Assembly: GCA_964035545.1 (NCBI GenBank)
Contig: OZ037772.1
Coordinates: 8,044,889-8,108,888 of the forward strand
Source: Bugula neritina
Taxonomy: Eukaryota; Animalia; Bryozoa
Direction of reading: 5' to 3'
Length of the DNA stretch: 64,000 nt
Part shown: in pieces, positions 37,288 through 50,600 of the stretch
How positions within the stretch are numbered: position 1 is the stretch's first letter
How the letters are laid out: each line of letters begins with the position of its first letter
Notes under the pieces: generated by a model
Databases searched by the model: none
Seen by the model: the letters and a program-made list of their open reading frames with translations, nothing else
What the model was told of the DNA's origin: nothing
Program-made: the position numbers and the translations under genes

Positions 37288-37918
37288 TTAGTAATAACTT
37301 CCTGCTCTCTCCACTCTGTCCTGTTTGGGGGGGGACGGGTTATTAGTAATAACCTTCCCCTCTCTCCACTCTGTCCTGTTTGGGGGGGGACGGGTTATTA
37401 GTAATAACCTTCCCCTCTCTCCACTCTGTCCTGTTTGGGGGGGGGACGGGTTATTAGTAATAACCTTCCCCTCTCTCCACTCTGTCCTGTTTGGGGGGGG
37501 ACGGGTTATTAGTAATAACCTTCCCCTCTCTCCACTCTGTCCTGTTTGGGGGGGGGGGACGGGTTATTAGTAATAACCTTCCCCTCTCTCCACTCTGTCC
37601 TGTTTGGGGGGGGGGGGGACGGGTTATTAGTAATAACCTTCCCCTCTCTCCACTCTGTCCTGTTTGGGGGGGGACGGGTTATTAGTAATAACCTTCCCCT
37701 CTCTCCACTCTGTCCTGTTTGGGGGGGGGACGGGTTATTAGTAATAACCTTCCCCTCTCTCCACTCTGTCCTGTTTGGGGGGGGGGACGGGTTATTAGTA
37801 ATAACCTTCCCCTCTCTCCACTCTGTCCTGTTTGGGGGGGGGGACGGGTTATTAGTAATAACTCCCTGCTCTCTCCACTCTGTCCTGTTTGGGGGGGGGG
37901 ACGGGTTATTAGTAATAA
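37288..37918. repeat. 55-60-bp minisatellite (11 copies) with variable G8-G13 tracts and an internal palindrome
   Basis: (G)n-acgggttattagtaataaccttcccctctctccactctgtcctgttt. Confidence 0.95.
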
Positions 37919-40270
37919 TGCATGAAAACCAGCTAGTAATTGAGACCAAGTGGCAAGTAAGCACTAGGGTCATGGTTTCAGTATGGTAACAGACACAGTC
38001 CATTAGAAAGATGGAGACTTTAAAGACTTTAGTTTGTATAAAACTGATAAACCTCCGAGAATCACCCGAACAAAATATTATATATTAGAATTTTATTCTG
38101 ATACAGATATCAATTGCTATAAGCAATTGAAGTTGCTAAATTTTGATCAAATGTTTGCGTCTAATATAACACAACTTGGAACTTATAAAATTAGTACCTG
38201 ATATAATAACCTGGAACTGGTAATCACTATGAATAATAAACTGGAAAATGATTTGAACTTGAAGCAACACCAAGTTGGTGGTCAGTGAGTGCGTTGGTTG
38301 GTAGGTTTGAGTTTAGACACCGATGTACAATATATCATTAAGCTACTGTACTCAGCCACCACTAACTCTGTGCTGCTTCTATCCATACTTAATGAACTGT
38401 AATTATAAGCGCTCACCCTGTACTAGCTGATCTCAAGTATTTTAATAATCCAGCTTGGCAGATTCACTGCTATATAGACCAACTGAATACTTCAATGTTA
38501 CAATTTAGTTTTCCACTCTACTATCAATGTAGAGCACGCTCAAGCACCTTACTACAACTTGCCCTTTATCTTGCCAGTCTATTCACAAATAAAGGATTGC
38601 ATCGCCACTACATCTTCAACATAGTAACAACAATACACTACCTGGTTTTACTCATTGGATTCCTTTAATTGACCTTGACCTTTAGCGGTCCATCAACAAC
38701 TATTCCTGTAACCTTTAATTCAGCACAGTTTCTCCTTATATAAAAGCCTGTGAATTTACAGAGCTGATGCTCTAAGTCTGTAAAGTCATGTGTTACTATA
38801 TTCCTGGAGCACAGTCTAAAATTAGTTGCATATATACTGGTACACTTGAGTGTGAGCTGACTGCATCCCCTGATAGCTCCTAGTGTCAACAAGCCATTAT
38901 TATATTATATTGAACTGGATACTCAACTATTTATTGTACTTCCAATCATTATGAATGAGTGTTATTATTATAAAAATATTGATTGTTTGGCTATGCAAAC
39001 ATAATTTTGAGTTCGGGTGTGCTAGCTACCCAACAGTATGACTAATAGCTTTTTGAGATTATTATTTCAGGTACTAAGGCTTTTTATTGACTATTCCAGC
39101 TGCTAACAGCCTTACTGTGAATTAAAAAAGTATATTTCCTGCATCTGCTACCATTATATGGATGTTATTAGTAGGCAACTGGATGCAACATTTAACCTTG
39201 GTTCTTAAGCAACCCTTTCATAGAATTTATAAGCAAAACTACAATTTGGTATTATATTATAGAAAACCTAAGTTAAGCCTCAAAAGCTCAGCAACAACCA
39301 AATAAAAACCCATGAACTGTAAAAAGTTGCAGTATATCTTCTGCATTGACACTACAACGCCATGTATGAAGTAGCAATCAAAATAAATGAGGTTTTCAAA
39401 AAAAATAGTTCCAGTGGAGAGAGGACAACTCTATTATGTATTGGTTTACATTATAATAATGTATTATTATAGTGGATTGCATGTAAACTATACTATATAC
39501 AATACTAACTATACTATATTTTTCAGATTTTTATTTCTTTGGCCCATTTATTGAGAACACAACTCCAATGATATAATATCTATAATAGAAGCTGCAAATA
39601 TAGAATGAATTTGAAGTTTGGGTATTCTATAAACCCCAGCTCCAAACATGAGGATCACAAGCTACTGCACTCAGTCACCCCCAACTCAGAGCTCCTTATA
39701 GAACTATTCCCAAATAGAAGATGCTTTTCTTGTAGAAGAGTTTTCCGGTATTAAATGCATCAGTAGAATGCTTAGGGTGGGGTGGGGGGGTTGAGTTGAG
39801 GGTTCAAAGTTTCAATCTCGAGAACCCAAACTACAGCACTCAATCATCTCCAACTCTGCTTATACAATAATTCCAACAGAACATCCATGGTTTCATAAAT
39901 AGCTAGAGGTCCCCTCTTTGCAAGAAGGGGGGGGGGAGAGGGAGATGCGACACTAAATGCAAATTGGAATAAATGATTAGACAACTCGGCAACTGTAATC
40001 AAATTGTTGATGTATCAGATAGTACATCATTATAAATATGTATTGCATATTGAGAAATATCCAGAAAAGCACTGCTTGTATAACATTGTGATAAGCATGA
40101 ATCAAAAGCTGACATCACAAGAGTAAATATAAACATGTTTATTGATCAGCAAACACATGACAACAGTACAATTATGTATCTAAAAACTGTATGAAAGTTG
40201 AAATATGACAGTCAGAGACTAATATATGACAACTTTGTATATTATATAGATGATATTATAGGCCCCAAAC

Positions 40271-40441
40271 AGGAGAGCAGCTGTGGTCTTGGGGGTTTGC
40301 CTAGTAAACACGAGGTCATGGGTTTGAACCCTAGTAAAGGCCATTGGTGATGTTAGGAAAAGCACCCAGACATAATTACAGTTGTGCTGCACAAAACCCT
40401 TTCCATCTGGGGTTCTCTCGCAGACTATAAGCTTGTGTGAA
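40271..40441 (+). mobile_element. SINE family A
   Basis: Family consensus with internal deletions. Confidence 0.82.
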
Positions 40442-41597
40442 TCTTTGTTAATTATAGGAACTACTTTACACACTGTGCCTATGACATTGCAGCCAAGGTT
40501 TGAAGTTGAGGAACAAAATGTTGGCGCCAGTTCCAGGAAAACTTATGAGGAACTTGTCTCACCAATACAACTACCGGCTTACTAATAGTTGGCAGATTAT
40601 TTGGAAAACACCACTATATGAACTTCCACTCTATACCACTATATGTTCTATTTCTAGCCTATGCAGTTGGTTGCTATGTTGTTGATTATCTTAGAGTTAT
40701 GACATTTATATGTCTCCTAAACTATTTACATAAAAGTTATTGTATTTAAAATATTTTTATATCCTAAACCTAGACCTAAAACTACAAGGCTAAACCAAAA
40801 TCCATATCTTTAAATGAAACGGACAATTTGAATACAACGCATAGACGGGCTCCAGGAGCCATAATGCTCATTGCTATAACGATTCCAGTTTGTTGTAAAA
40901 GAAAATAATTTATTGAATGAAACTATTAAGGCAGACTAAACATAATATCGGTGAGCATCGCTGTTCCTAACTAGATGAATGATCTCTAGAAAAAAGTTGC
41001 ATAACAATGACTTCTCTAACTACACGAGGCAAGATATGGAGTAGTGACACATTACTCTACATATCAAAACTAAGGTAACTGAATCAAAATGATAAATTTC
41101 AATGCAACAATCATTATCAAACATTACATTTCTTAAAGTAAAAAAGGTAATTAGATATTGAGCTTCCCAGAGGACGTGGCATAATAGAAACTGGGAACTT
41201 GGCATCATTCCAGCTCTCAACACCAGTTTAAAGTATCGAACAGCAATAACAAAAATATACAAAAATATTGATAATTGAAATGGTCAACAATAAATATTAT
41301 TGTCTTGAAAATACATTGAAATATGAAGGCAATATGTGAATTTTGATAATGAAACCAACTGTGCTGCTCATTTCTATTGGCCTCTTCATTGCTTTAAGTC
41401 TCATTATTGGTTGGCACCGCTAGGATAATAAGTCAACAGGAAGTTCTGTGCCTGACCAGGTGTATTAATAGAATGTGAGGGAACCAGCTGACACCTGTCA
41501 CAGTATGGTCAGCAGGTGTCCAGATAGAATATAGAAAATGCCTCGGATATGTGAGATCAGCAGATGTCTTCGTGTCAGCTAGAGTAAGACTCGTCAG

Positions 41598-41615
41598 TCA
41601 AGTCACAAGCCACAT
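41598..41615 (-). CDS. MGAT4: MGAT4 terminal coding exon (MWLVT*)
   Basis: ctctgtag|ATGTGGCTTGTGACTTGA; fits W.I.NE|IxL C-termini. Confidence 0.7.
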   Translation of the reverse strand: MWLVT

Positions 41616-44600
41616 CTACAGAGACAGAGACTTGACAACTTAACACAGAGTAATGTGACTTGACAACTTAACATAGAGTAATGTGACTTGACAACTTGAC
41701 ACAGAGTAATGTGACTTGACAACTTGACACAGAGTAATGTGACTTGACAACTCAACACAGAGTAATGTGACTTGACAACTTAACACAGAGTAATGTGACT
41801 TGACAACTTGACACAGCGTAATGTGACTTGACGACTTGACACAGAGTAATGTGACTCGACAATTCAACACAGAGTAATGCGACTTGACAACCTAGCACTC
41901 TACATAGACTAAATAGTTAATGTATGCAAATCTAAACAGTTATAGATTCAGCGACATGTGAGTCTGTTAGTTCAGTTATATGTATAAAATAAAATTCAAA
42001 AGTAAAATGTAACATATTTTGATGAGATTTCATTTAAAACAACCACTCAATCATCACCATATATTAATTAGTTTGAGTTCTGTCAGTGCATATATGTACA
42101 TATCTACTTACATTTCTAATATGTGTATATATGTACATATACATATGTATGTTTGTGTGAATGTGTATATGTACAGGTTACACATGCATGCATAGAAAAG
42201 ATAACTAAAGAACCCAGCTGAAGGTGGGATAGACTAACCCAGCTGAAGGCGGGATAGACGAACTCAGCTAAAGGTGGGATAGACTAACCCAGCTGAAGGT
42301 GGGATAGACTAACGCAGCTGAAGGCGGGATAGATTAACTCAGTTAAAGGTGGGATAGACTAACCCAGCTGAAGGTGGGATAGACTAACTTAGCTGAAGGT
42401 GGGATAGACTAACGCAGCTGAAGGTGGGATAGACTAACCTAGCTGAAGGTGGGATAGACTAACCCAGCTGAAGGCGGAATAGACTAACGCAGCTGAAGGC
42501 GGGATAGACTAACGCAGCTGAAGGCGGGATAGACTAACCCAGCTAAAGGCGGGACAAGCAATAGACTCACCTCATTAATGATGACCCAATTCTGATTTTC
42601 AACAAGGTTGACTATTTTAACAGCAGTGACGGCTCCGAAACTGGGCGGTATTTCCCCTTCGGCGATTGAATAACTAGTTGATGAGTCGCCGGATCTCTTT
42701 CCACTGGTGTTGAAATACTCTAAAGAAGAAGACTGCACCATCAACATAGGACACTAGTAAGATTTACAGTCGCAATAATACCAGTTATGTGGCATGAATC
42801 ACTACGTTTCCATGATTCACATTATAATGCAAATGGATTTTTCATTCGCCCGATGGAAACAGTTACAGGGGAAAGCCGTGGTCTAGGGGTTAGAGCGTTT
42901 GCTAAGTAAGTTTGAAGTCATGGGTTCGAACCCCGACAAAGGTCATTGGTGATGTTAGGAAGAGCATCCAGTCATAATTGCTCCTGTGCCCCATCTGAAT
43001 AAGTGCTTAACCAAATTTAACAAAAACCCCTTACATCAGGGGTTTTCTCACAGGAATGGTGATTATAAACTTGCGTGAGTTTTTTTAATGGAAACAATTA
43101 CATCAAAGGAAACCACAACCATTCCCATCTATTCGCATAATATTCATGGAAACACAGTGAGAGCTCAGCAAACCAGCGGAACAGACAGCTGGTCCCAAGC
43201 TCGGGTAAACACAGAGGGTGGACGTCAGGAAGAGCATCTGGTCCTTAATAAAACATGCCCCAAAAACAATTATGCCGGAGACAAGGAGATTATTTTGTTA
43301 TACTTTCTGCTAGTAACAGCTGTTGGTGAACTTACGGAAATAGACAAACCCAGTATCGTCTAAAACGAAGCTGTTTGGCGGGTGTGGCGACTTCTGGTCT
43401 ACAGGAAGGAAGCCGATAGATGCGTTCACCAGCCTGTCATCTTTATGCTGATTGTCTCCACTAACCACTCTGTACCTGGAAATACCAGACGGTGAGTAAT
43501 GCAGACGTGTGAGTAATGCAGACGTGTGAGTAATGCAGACATGTGAGTAATACAGACGTGTGAGTAATGCAGACGTATAAGTAATGCAGACGTATAAGTA
43601 ATGCAGACGTGTTTTAGTCATGATGCTCACCTCTTTAACTGAGTTACTTCTTTGAACCTGATGGTGATATGATCATTAGTTTGGGGGTTGAGAGCCCAGA
43701 AGACGGTGCGACCTTCATACAGTTTCTCAATGGTGAAGTGCTGGTACACTTTCAGAGAGGTCTCCAAAATGGCTGCTGGATTCTTGTGAGCATACAATAT
43801 TGGATCCTGACTGACCGTTCCTTTTTTATTGAAATCTTTATCCTATAGGATAAATTATTGTAACACCATTTTTAATTGGGTGGAGTATGCATAGAATAAT
43901 GTATATACTTATTCTGTAGGACAACTTATTGCAACAGCATTTTAATTGGCTAAAGTATGTATGAAATAATTCATATTTTCATCCTATAGAAAAAAGTATT
44001 GTAACGTCTAATGCAATTGGGTGAAGCGTGCATGAAATAATTGATGTACTTATCCTATAAGATAAACTATTGTAACAGCCCATATAATTGGTGAGGCACG
44101 TGTAAAATAATTTATAAACAATTGACAAGAATAACCTATCATGCCCTGGAATGGGATTAGAGTCAGTTAGATCAGAGTAACCTAATTGGGTAACACTCAC
44201 GAATGATAAACTAAATATATAACAACAACTATTTTGTTGCAAGGCCCGGCCACACACTTACGAAAATTACACGAAATCGTCTATTTCACATGAAAAGACA
44301 AGACGTGCGATCAAATTTGAGAGAATTCATACGCAATTGTTTTCGCTGGGTGCACCCACCGAAGACTATGGACAGAAGAGCACAATTGACAATAATCAAC
44401 ATTTGATTGGTCAACAGAATTTTAGCAACAACGATAATTTCAGATAGACTAGGGCCGTCTGCAAAAACAGGAACATGTGGCTGGTCAATAACGAGAAGAC
44501 AACCCACGAAAATATTCACACAATTTTTGTGAGATTCTTACAAGCGTGTGGCCAGGCCTTTGGAGAGTAAAAACTACTGGATAACTTGACTTGCAGTTGA

Positions 44601-47600
44601 ACTATAGTAAAGAGACCAAACCCTTTAGAATTAAGAGTTGCGTCCTCCCAAAGTGAACAGGTTGACCCTTTGTATAAAGAGCAAACTCATTAAAAATTTA
44701 AAGTTTGGCTGCTACTTGACATTCTAATTATGCTATAGAATTTTTTTAAAAATATTTCTTCATGAAGAATTTTGAAGAAAATAAACTTGAAAGCATTTTT
44801 CTGGTTTTGGTTACTGAGCAATGCTGGAGTAGCACTTCAGCATTGCTCAGAAACCAAAGCCACAAAAATACTTTCAAGTTTATTTTCAACAATCTTCACT
44901 TTGGGAGGACACAACTCTTAATTGTAAAGGGGACATTGGGGACTTCTGAAAAGAGTTTTTTGATTGGAAGATACCTTTAATTTTTGAACTTTCCCATCTA
45001 AAGAGGAATGGTAGCCTTCATGCTGAAAGAGAGACGGTCGAAATCTTTTGCGGATCCTGGACAAATCTGAGCAAGATTTCTACAACATATCGTAAAAGCA
45101 TTAGCATTAGTGACAGGTATTACCAAGTTTACAAGCAGAAGCCATGTTTGTGACAAGAAATATCCTAAAAGAACCATTTTGATGAAAAATTCAGCATAAG
45201 AATTTTGGTAATTCTGAAAAGTCTGCCATGACGATATTCGTGGCACAGTTTTTTAATCCATTATTTATAAATTAAATAATACAAAATTATTTTATAAATA
45301 TTTAGTGCATTCAAAAAAATTTCATGCTCTTGAGAAAAGAATTTTTCAAAACTAAATAATGTTGATCAAAGGTTGCCTTGCACAAAGAGTATGGATGGCC
45401 TAAAGCTAAATGACGAGGACTCGTTGGTACAAATAGTTGACAAACAGATTATACAAGTAAACGAGAAGGCCTCCGTTAGCCACCCTAATTAAGAGCACAA
45501 CTCCAAACTGTATGTACAGTACGCCCTCCATATCTCATGGATCCATTTCTCTTGAAATTCTATAGGTCACGAGAAGGGCTTGGACCCCTCCCCCCGTTTT
45601 GTGGCCTATGTATGCGTGTATAAAAACAAAATGGACGAATTTAACAGATCCGTGAGGTAAATTTGGTATTCTACTATGTCCTAAATTGAGGTTTCAAAAC
45701 CAGCAGGTTCGGCAGATATGGAGGGAGCATTGTAGAAGTAGAAAGAGATGCTATGGAAATATTTACATTACACAAGTGTAATAGAATAGGTTAAATTGTA
45801 TTTCATAAGTCAACATAATATGTTCCTAGAATGCAGGAGCTATTGTGAGATATAAACAAGATCTAGCAATCAAGTCTAGCCCATGTACCCTTACATTAAA
45901 TGAGTACTTAGGAAGTTAATAATACCTTCCAGTACCTGAGCAGTACTGAAATTATAATTGACGATTTAAACTTACAGTAATATTAATTAAAATGTCAACA
46001 AAAGTTGAAATTATTAAAATACTAGCTACCAGTGACTGAAAATTTAATGAAGCAACTTTGACTTCAAATAACCAAGCTGTAGATGTGGTATAACTAATAA
46101 GAAAATTCTTATGTTGACAATTCATATGAGTATATAATATTGTTAATTGTCAGCCTAATAAGAAATACAGCAAAGAGTATGGTTCATTTAGCAGTTGAAA
46201 CAAATTACTGTATGTATGTGTGTGTATGTGCGTATGCATGCATGCATGCATGTATGTATGTGTGTATGTATGTGTGTGTGCGTGCGTGCGTGTGTGTATG
46301 TGTATATGAATGTTCCAGCGTACATTTTATTCACACGTTGGTTAGTAAAATGAAAATTTACATATTTCATCACAAAACTAATACAATCAACATCGGATTG
46401 CAAAACAGGAAAATAACCAGGATTAGGTGACAACACCATTCAAATTTATAATTGAGAAATAGTGACTGGGGGTTGTTTAGAAATGTTGGTATTATTTTAG
46501 TATATAAGTTATTAGTTGGTTGATTTATTACATATCACAGACATGAAAACATGTTGTGAAATTTAGTGTAAATACTGGCCATAATAAGTAGACATGAACA
46601 AAAATGGGAAAAGCAGTTAGACAACAAGACCACGGGAAGAGGGCAGTGTCTGATTGGTTAAAATGACATGTTCACTGTGTTTTAGAAGAGAGTGGCGACA
46701 CTAATAAGGTGCACAAGTAGCACTCAGTCTTACATTAGTCACTTTTGGTGTCCCCTGGAAAACAATGCCCAACATAACGTGGTGTTTGTGAAAGTAGAAG
46801 TCAAGCTTTGAGATGAGTTCACAGGCTAGACTTGAAAATGAAACTATACACTGCGTTTCCATGACGGCCATTATGCAAATGGATGCCTGCAAGGAATAAT
46901 TTGTGCTTGGGGTTTACATTAACTTATGGTTGTGGTTTCGTTCGATGCAACTATTTCCGTTAGGTAAATAAAAAATCCATTCGCATAATACGAATTGATG
47001 GAAACGAAGTGTTAGACCCAGCAGATGTGCGCGTAATGCAATAAAATACTACAATCTATAAGAAGATAATTACGATCTATAAATAGTTAATTATGATCTA
47101 TAAATAGTCAATGTAATCTATACATTGATAATTATGATCTAACAAATAAATATGATATATAAATAGATAACTAATACACATATATTCAGTTGACAACAAT
47201 GTAAAATTTACAAGATGGACAGCCAGCAACGCAGGAGTAAAACAACGTATGTGAGGGGACCATGGACATGTGACCATATGTGAGATAATAACAATTCATT
47301 TGTAAAATGCACAAATTCCTAACTAGAAAAGTTCTACACCACAGACGGTGCTACTACGCCTAAAAGGAAAAATATCAAGCAAATGCCAACAATTCTGAAC
47401 TCAAACGCTCTACAAGCCAACATCATTCAATCCGAAGACAACAACAAAGACCCCTATAATGATGAGCTGTAGCTGTGACTCACCCTTATAATGATGAGCT
47501 GTAACTATGACTCACCCTTATAATGATGAGCTGTGACTGTGACTCACCCTTATGATAATGAGCTGTAACTGTGACTCACTCTTATAATAATGATGAACTG

Positions 47601-50600
47601 TGACTCACCCTTATAATAATGAGCTGTAACCGTAACTCACCCCGTGGCACTCCTGCACCCAGAAGTAGTTGTCCAGCAACCAGTCGACAGGCTTGTGCTG
47701 GTAGAACATGAGCACAAAGTTCACGAACTTAGGCAGCATCGCTGACCTGAACATTTTACCTACATTATAAACAAGGTCACGTGTAATACTCCAGCTGATA
47801 AATTCAAATTAGCTAAACAATTAGGAAAAACATGGGAAATTAAGCAAAGTTAAAAAGACCCTTGATTATTTACTTGTATTTATTGATATTTTATTTGTGT
47901 TGGCCAAAAACTCATATACATCAACAGCTAAATTGTCAAAGAGCTAAAAACTGGAGATTTCGAGTGTGTATTGCAAGTAAAATGACCTCTATACAGTACA
48001 TGGCAGTACATATACGATACATAAGACAGAGTATATACAATACATAAGACAGAGTATATACAATACATAAGACAGAGTATATACAGTACATAAGACAGAG
48101 TATATACAATACATAAGACAGAGTATATACAATACAAGACAGAGTATATACAATACATAAGACAGAGTATATACAATCATAAGACAGAGTATATACAATA
48201 CATAAGACAGAGTACATACAATACAAGACAGAGTATATACAATACATAAGACAGAGTATATACAGTACATAAGACAGAGTATATACAATACATAAGACAG
48301 AGTATATACAGTACATAAGACAGAGTATATACAGTACATAAGACAGAGTATATACAATACATAAGACAGAGTATATACAGTACATAAGACAGAGTATATA
48401 CAATACATAAGACAGAGTATATACAGTACATAAGACAGAGTATATACAATACATAAGACAGAGTATATACAGTACATAAGACAGAGTATATACAATACAT
48501 AAGACAGAGTATATACAGTACATAAGACAGAGTATATACAATACACAAGACAGAGTGGTAAAGTACCTATGAAACCCAACTGCGAGAACTCCAGAAGTTC
48601 CCACCTCTCCTGGGAAGCTGCGTACTGCATCATCTGCTTGATATACGCTGGCTTAGCAGATATGTCGTCTTCCAGCTGCGTATAATAGTAATACCGTATT
48701 ACAATACAGATTATAGTAATACCGTATTATAATACTACAATAGACATTACAGTGATAACATAATACAGCAATACCATATTACAATACACATTAAAATATA
48801 TAACACTGCTAAGGCTACGTCATAACAAGAAACATACTATACATATATTCCACTAAATATAATATAATATAAATATAATAATACTTAACCTACATATATA
48901 ATAATATACATAACCTACAAATATTATAATATAATATACACAACCTACAAATATTATAATATAAGAATACATAACATATATATGTATGATAATATAATAA
49001 TAAAATATATACATATATATGCACACACTGACCTGTACGTATAGGGTAGCCTTGAAGCTACAATACAGCATCATAAAAGAATAATCCAAGTTTTGTTTAG
49101 TTCTCCACCTAAAAGTAAGTCGGGGACCCAGTCTATTAATTAATACGATGTACAGTTCAAACATCATGTGACATAGCTTAATGAAACGTACTGCAAAGTT
49201 ATGCAATTTCATCTAACTTAATTTAATATAAAGTAATGCGGTTTAATGTAATGCCACATAATGCAATGTAATGCAACATAATGCAATGTAATGTAATTTA
49301 AATACAATGTAAGATGGCGGTAACTCACCTTGACCGCTCCGCGCTGTCCCCCCACTTGCTTGGGAGATGATTGAGGTTTGGGTACCACTTCGCTGGAGGC
49401 TGGATAACCTCCAGGATACCATTATCAACCTCTTGGCGAAAACTGCAACAGAAATTGTGCTGCTTAGTGTAACTTTAGGATTCCCTTCACGTGACTTTAG
49501 GGGGATTCCATTCATGTGACTTTGGGGGATTCCATTCATGTGACTTTGGGGGATTCCATTCATGTGACTTTGGGGGATTCCATTCATGTGACTTTGGGGG
49601 ATTCCATTCATGTGACTTTGGGGGATTCCATTCATGTGACTTTGGGGGATTCCATTCATGTGACTTTGGGGGATTCCATTCGAGGGAGCAGCTGTAGTCT
49701 AGGGGTTAAAGCGTTTGCTTAGTAAACCTAAAGTCATGGGTTTGAACCCCGACAAAGGCAATTGTTAGGAAGAGCACTCAGTCATAATTGCTCCTGAATA
49801 AGTCTTTGGCCCAGTTTAACAAAAACCCTTTCCATCAGGGGTTTTCTCACAGGAATAGCGACTATAAATTTGAGTGAGTTTTTTCATGTAACTTTGTGGA
49901 AGCTTGGGGCCACACACAAAGAGAAAATTTACTAGCCAATAATATTTGCGCTTGACTTTACTGCTTGCCTACAGCACTCGTATTTCTATAGCTATGCCTG
50001 ATGAGAAAAGATGACTGCGGATAATAAAAGAAGAGACAAACTAATTAGCTAAAAAGAGCTTATTTTAAATCTAACTCCCTATTTTCAATGATGCGCAGCA
50101 ATTTAACAGGATAAGTTGTAAAACTAAATGCAAAAAATTGGGCTCAAGAAAGTTATTAGCCAATTAGGTGCGGTGACAAAAACAATTCGCACAGGTCTTT
50201 CGTCACTTTCACGGCATGATATCCGCAAAAATGGCGTCTTTTTCCACCTGTGTAGAATTTTGTCAATGGCAATTGCCAAAGTTGGTCTAATGTGGCACCA
50301 AGTGAAGAGAATACACAGTATAGCCGCAGTTCTAAGAAACAAGCCTTACTTTTGGGACACCATCTTAGAGACAGTATCAAACTCGGTAGAATTGAACGGT
50401 TCAGCTACCATCACTACCAGTACCACTTTCTCTCTTTCCTCTGAACTTAGTTGAGAGATAAGGGATCGTAATGTACCTTCTAAATAGTCCTGTTTGTTCC
50501 TATGTACATGCGGGATGGCTAAAACCATCTCGACTACAATAGATGTTGCAGAGTAGGAAATGAGGCTACAGGAATATTTAAAACCAGTTGATAATTCCAT

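Noticed and set aside
37288-37918. CRISPR-like array (palindromic repeat at regular spacing)
   Set aside because: Intervening sequences are identical apart from G-run length, there are no unique spacers or cas genes, and the context is eukaryotic
37325-38003. Overlapping ORFs of 64-164 aa
   Set aside because: Artefacts of a stop-free tandem repeat
46734-46886. Possible extra phase-0 MGAT4 exon with AG/GT borders
   Set aside because: The peptide has no MGAT4 similarity, overlaps a MITE end, and the conserved sequence is already complete with exon 44975-45079
47928-48633. Long ORFs (222, 214 and 123 aa) in the ORF track
   Set aside because: Translations of the 23-bp minisatellite; only 48567-48675 is a real exon
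49243-49722. MNGIPQSH / CDFGGFHS repeat proteins
   Set aside because: Translations of the 24-bp intronic minisatellite; the real exon 49329-49442 uses another frame
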